Of a DNA stretch of 64,000 nt, positions 61,403-64,000 are shown piece after piece; position 1 is the stretch's first letter, and the number at the start of each line of letters is the position of its first letter. The translations under genes and the position numbers were made by a program. The DNA lies in the NCBI GenBank assembly GCA_958346935.1, contig CATVTM010000002.1, positions 351 through 64,350 on the forward strand, read 5' to 3'. The DNA comes from an uncultured Collinsella sp. (GTDB taxonomy: Bacteria > Actinomycetota > Coriobacteriia > Coriobacteriales > Coriobacteriaceae). The notes below the pieces were generated by a model that did no database searches, was not told where the DNA came from, and saw only the letters and a program-made list of their open reading frames with translations.

Positions 61403-63062
61403 GAAAGTTAGCTCCTTCCCGATCTTGTTTGCGCTGCTCACCCTCTTGATCGGCACCTGCGCGGTCGTGTTCCCCGCCTCCGCGCAGGCCGCGCCGACCT
61501 CGACCGGTTCTATCACGGTGAGCGGCACCGTGGCGAGCAGCTACGACGCCTACCAGATCTTTAGCGCCGATGTCTCCGACGGCGACAACGACGCCAAGGT
61601 CTACTCCCAGATCGCCTGGGTAAGCGGCGCCGCGCGCGACGCCGTCCTGCCCGTGCTGCACAGCGCCGGCATGCCCAAGTCCCAGACCACCGCGCAGGAA
61701 GCTGCCGAGTGGCTCAACGCCGATTCCCACCTTACGAGCGCGCTGAGCGCACAGCTCGCTCGTTCCCTCCAGAGCTCTGGCGCCGTGTCCGTGGCCCTTA
61801 ACGCGGGCACGGCGGCCGAGCTGTCCTGCGGATACTGGCTCATCGTCGCCGCCGACGACGCCATCGCCCAGGACGAGGCCGGCACCGCGCCGATCATGGC
61901 CCTGGTGGGCGGCAGCGCCGTAACCGTCAAGCCCAAGGCCGCGACGCCCAAGGTGGCCAAGCACGTGCTGGAGGACGGCACCGCCGCGTGGCAGAAGGCC
62001 GCCGACGCCACGGTCGCCGACGACCTGTACTGGCGCCTCTCGGCCACGGTCCCGGCGGGGCTTTCCGCCTACGACACCTACACGGTGCAGTTCGCCGACA
62101 CCATGAGCGCGGGGCTCGACCCCTCCAAGGTCGCAGCGAGCATGCACGTGTACGTGGCGGCGGGCGCGGACGGCAATTTCGACGCCGTCTCGACCAGTAA
62201 GGACGGGCGCGCCGGCACCGAGCCCGCCAAGGGCTGGACCGACATCACGGCCCAGTGCGTCACCAAGGTGGCCGCGGACGGAACCTTCACCGTGCGCACC
62301 GGCGACCTCATCGCCGCGCTCGGCGGGGCCGACGCCTTCACCGCGGGCGCCCGCGTGGTCGCCGTGTACAACGCGCCGCTCAACAGCGCATGCAACCACG
62401 GCATCGCCAAGGGCAACCCCAACGAGGTCTACCTGCGCTACCCGCGTTCTCCCTTTGCCGACCAGTCCGGTGACGTCGGCTTCACCCGCACGCCGAGCGA
62501 TGACGCGACGGCCTACACCTGGGATCTCGCGCTCACCAAGCGCGGCAGCGACGGCAACAAGCCGCTGCCCGGGGCGGTCCTGAGCATCACCGACGACCGC
62601 GGTCGCACGCTCGCGGCCGATGGCACGTGGGATGCGGAGGGCAAGGCCACCGTCACCACGGGCGAGGACGGCCGCGTGACCGTCTCGGGCGTGGACTCGG
62701 GCAAGCTGGAGGTCCGCGAGCTCAAGGCGCCCAAGGGCTACACCGCCTTTGAGGGCACGCGCTCCGTGACGGTCAAGGCCGAGGGTCTGGACGTCGACCA
62801 GGTGGCCGCCGCCAAGCCCAAGCTCACCATCATGGCAGAGTCGCCCCTGCGCGCCGACAGTGCGGACGGGTCGACGGGCAGCCTGGAGGCGTCGCTCATC
62901 AACACGCCCACCGGCACACCCCCTAGCATTACCACCGGAGGCTTTATGCCCTCGACTGGCGATATGGCAATGTACGCCGCGGCCGCCGCAGCGGTCGCCG
63001 GAGCCGCGCTCATCGTGGTCGCGCTCCTGGTCAAGCGGGGAGGTGGCAGCCATAAAGAGTAG
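61395..63062 (+). CDS. Sortase-dependent pilin subunit (SpaA/SpaH-like)
   Basis: Signal peptide, AYQIF, VKPK pilin-like Lys, ELKAPKGY E-box, MPSTG-TM-basic tail; GTG start overlaps the adhesin stop. Confidence 0.82.
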   Translation: MNKKVSSFPILFALLTLLIGTCAVVFPASAQAAPTSTGSITVSGTVASSYDAYQIFSADVSDGDNDAKVYSQIAWVSGAARDAVLPVLHSAGMPKSQTTAQEAAEWLNADSHLTSALSAQLARSLQSSGAVSVALNAGTAAELSCGYWLIVAADDAIAQDEAGTAPIMALVGGSAVTVKPKAATPKVAKHVLEDGTAAWQKAADATVADDLYWRLSATVPAGLSAYDTYTVQFADTMSAGLDPSKVAASMHVYVAAGADGNFDAVSTSKDGRAGTEPAKGWTDITAQCVTKVAADGTFTVRTGDLIAALGGADAFTAGARVVAVYNAPLNSACNHGIAKGNPNEVYLRYPRSPFADQSGDVGFTRTPSDDATAYTWDLALTKRGSDGNKPLPGAVLSITDDRGRTLAADGTWDAEGKATVTTGEDGRVTVSGVDSGKLEVRELKAPKGYTAFEGTRSVTVKAEGLDVDQVAAAKPKLTIMAESPLRADSADGSTGSLEASLINTPTGTPPSITTGGFMPSTGDMAMYAAAAAAVAGAALIVVALLVKRGGGSHKE

Positions 63063-63170
63063 CTGGCAGCCCCACAGAGAGCGGGGCGAGACGTAGCGAA
63101 GTAGATGCTAAGACACAGACAGATGATGACCGATCGAATGAGAACTAACCGGAAAACGGAGGAAAAGAAG

Positions 63171-64000
63171 ATGAGCATGAACAAGAACATCGCACGTCTG
63201 GCAGTAACCGCCGGCCTCACAGCAGCGCTGAGCTTCGGCGGCGTCATGGCCCCGGTCACGATGGCGTTTGCTGATGATGTGGCTACTACGACCAATAGCA
63301 TCAAGATCAACAAGAACAATGAGAATGGCGATGTGACGTACAGGGCCTACCAGATTTTCAAGGCCGATGTTGTGGATGGAACCGACGGGTCGAGCAAGGT
63401 CGTTTCGAACATCGATTGGGCGAGCCCTAAGGCGAAGGATGCGGTTCTGAACTATCTTTCAAAGGTACCCAACTCTGGTATCACCCTTAGCTCCTCAGCA
63501 CAAGCTGCTGCTAAGTATCTGACCGATCATGCAGATGGCACCGGCGAGACGACCCCCATTGAAAACGACAATCTGTTCAACGGGTTGGCAAAGGAGGTCG
63601 TGAAGAGCGTAGGCCAGACGGGTTCTTCCTTTACCACCGACGATGTCTTTAAGCCCCAGGACGGGAACGGAAATGCCCTGCAAGGCTATTATCTCTTTGT
63701 GACTGACGAGAGCACCTTGAGCACCGATCAGGAAGTGAAGAAGAATACTGGTACTTCGCCGATCTTCGCTGTTGTCGGCGACGCTCTCGTGACCGTTACC
63801 GAGAAGACCAGCATTCCCACAGTTGTGAAGAAAGTCAAAAACGACGACGGCAGCAATTGGGCCGACAAGGCCGACTCGCAGATGGGCCAGAAAGTTGAAT
63901 ATAAGCTGACTGGCACCGTTGCCAGCAATATCGCAACGTTCGATACTTACCATTATGAGTTCAGCGATAAGCTTTCTGACGGTCTGACGGCAGATGCTAG
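63171..64000 (+). CDS. Probable backbone pilin, partial (runs off the window; absent from the ORF track)
   Basis: RBS GGAGG; MSMNKNIARLAVTAGLTAALSFGGVMAPVTMAFA signal peptide, AYQIFKADV, GYYLFV, EKTSIPTVVKKV; paralogous to the preceding pilin. Confidence 0.8.
   Translation, partial: MSMNKNIARLAVTAGLTAALSFGGVMAPVTMAFADDVATTTNSIKINKNNENGDVTYRAYQIFKADVVDGTDGSSKVVSNIDWASPKAKDAVLNYLSKVPNSGITLSSSAQAAAKYLTDHADGTGETTPIENDNLFNGLAKEVVKSVGQTGSSFTTDDVFKPQDGNGNALQGYYLFVTDESTLSTDQEVKKNTGTSPIFAVVGDALVTVTEKTSIPTVVKKVKNDDGSNWADKADSQMGQKVEYKLTGTVASNIATFDTYHYEFSDKLSDGLTADA

Overview
This 64-kb window is high-GC actinobacterial chromosome. Gene content and codon style suggest a gut Coriobacteriaceae such as Collinsella (inference). 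In order it holds: an HPr; a feoA-feoA-feoB iron-uptake cluster; and a large, apparently cytoplasmic pectin-oligomer/galacturonate catabolic region (LacI, uxaC-uxaB-uxaA, GPH/MFS permease, GH28, CE8-alpha/beta-hydrolase fusion, SGNH, GH105, DhuI-like isomerase, KduD/DhuD, GntR, eda, kdgK, second LacI). That region is interrupted by a GltD-like reductase, a kdpED-kdpFABC cassette bounded by a 122-bp direct repeat, and an old-yellow-enzyme flavoprotein. Next come a RelB-MNT/HEPN toxin-antitoxin pair, a glutamine-synthetase-like gene followed by a GlnR-like regulator, htrA, ligA, MerR+MATE, a heterodimeric ABC exporter, a DUF559/Vsr-like nuclease gene between two near-identical 65-bp palindromes, moaA, a moaC-mobB fusion, an MFS, a HAD hydrolase and the start of a sortase-type pilus cluster. 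The most notable observations are three. (1) The GS homologue has lost several metal-binding and catalytic residues and sits behind a GlnR-box-like site, directly upstream of glnR, so it is a candidate pseudo-enzyme nitrogen sensor. (2) The nuclease gene is bracketed by twin palindromes, and several families of dispersed long palindromes occur, a candidate REP-like mobile system. (3) The kdp cassette is flanked by direct repeats but carries no recombinase. No rRNA, tRNA, CRISPR array, integrase or transposase was seen. All calls are from motif recognition; no database searches were run.
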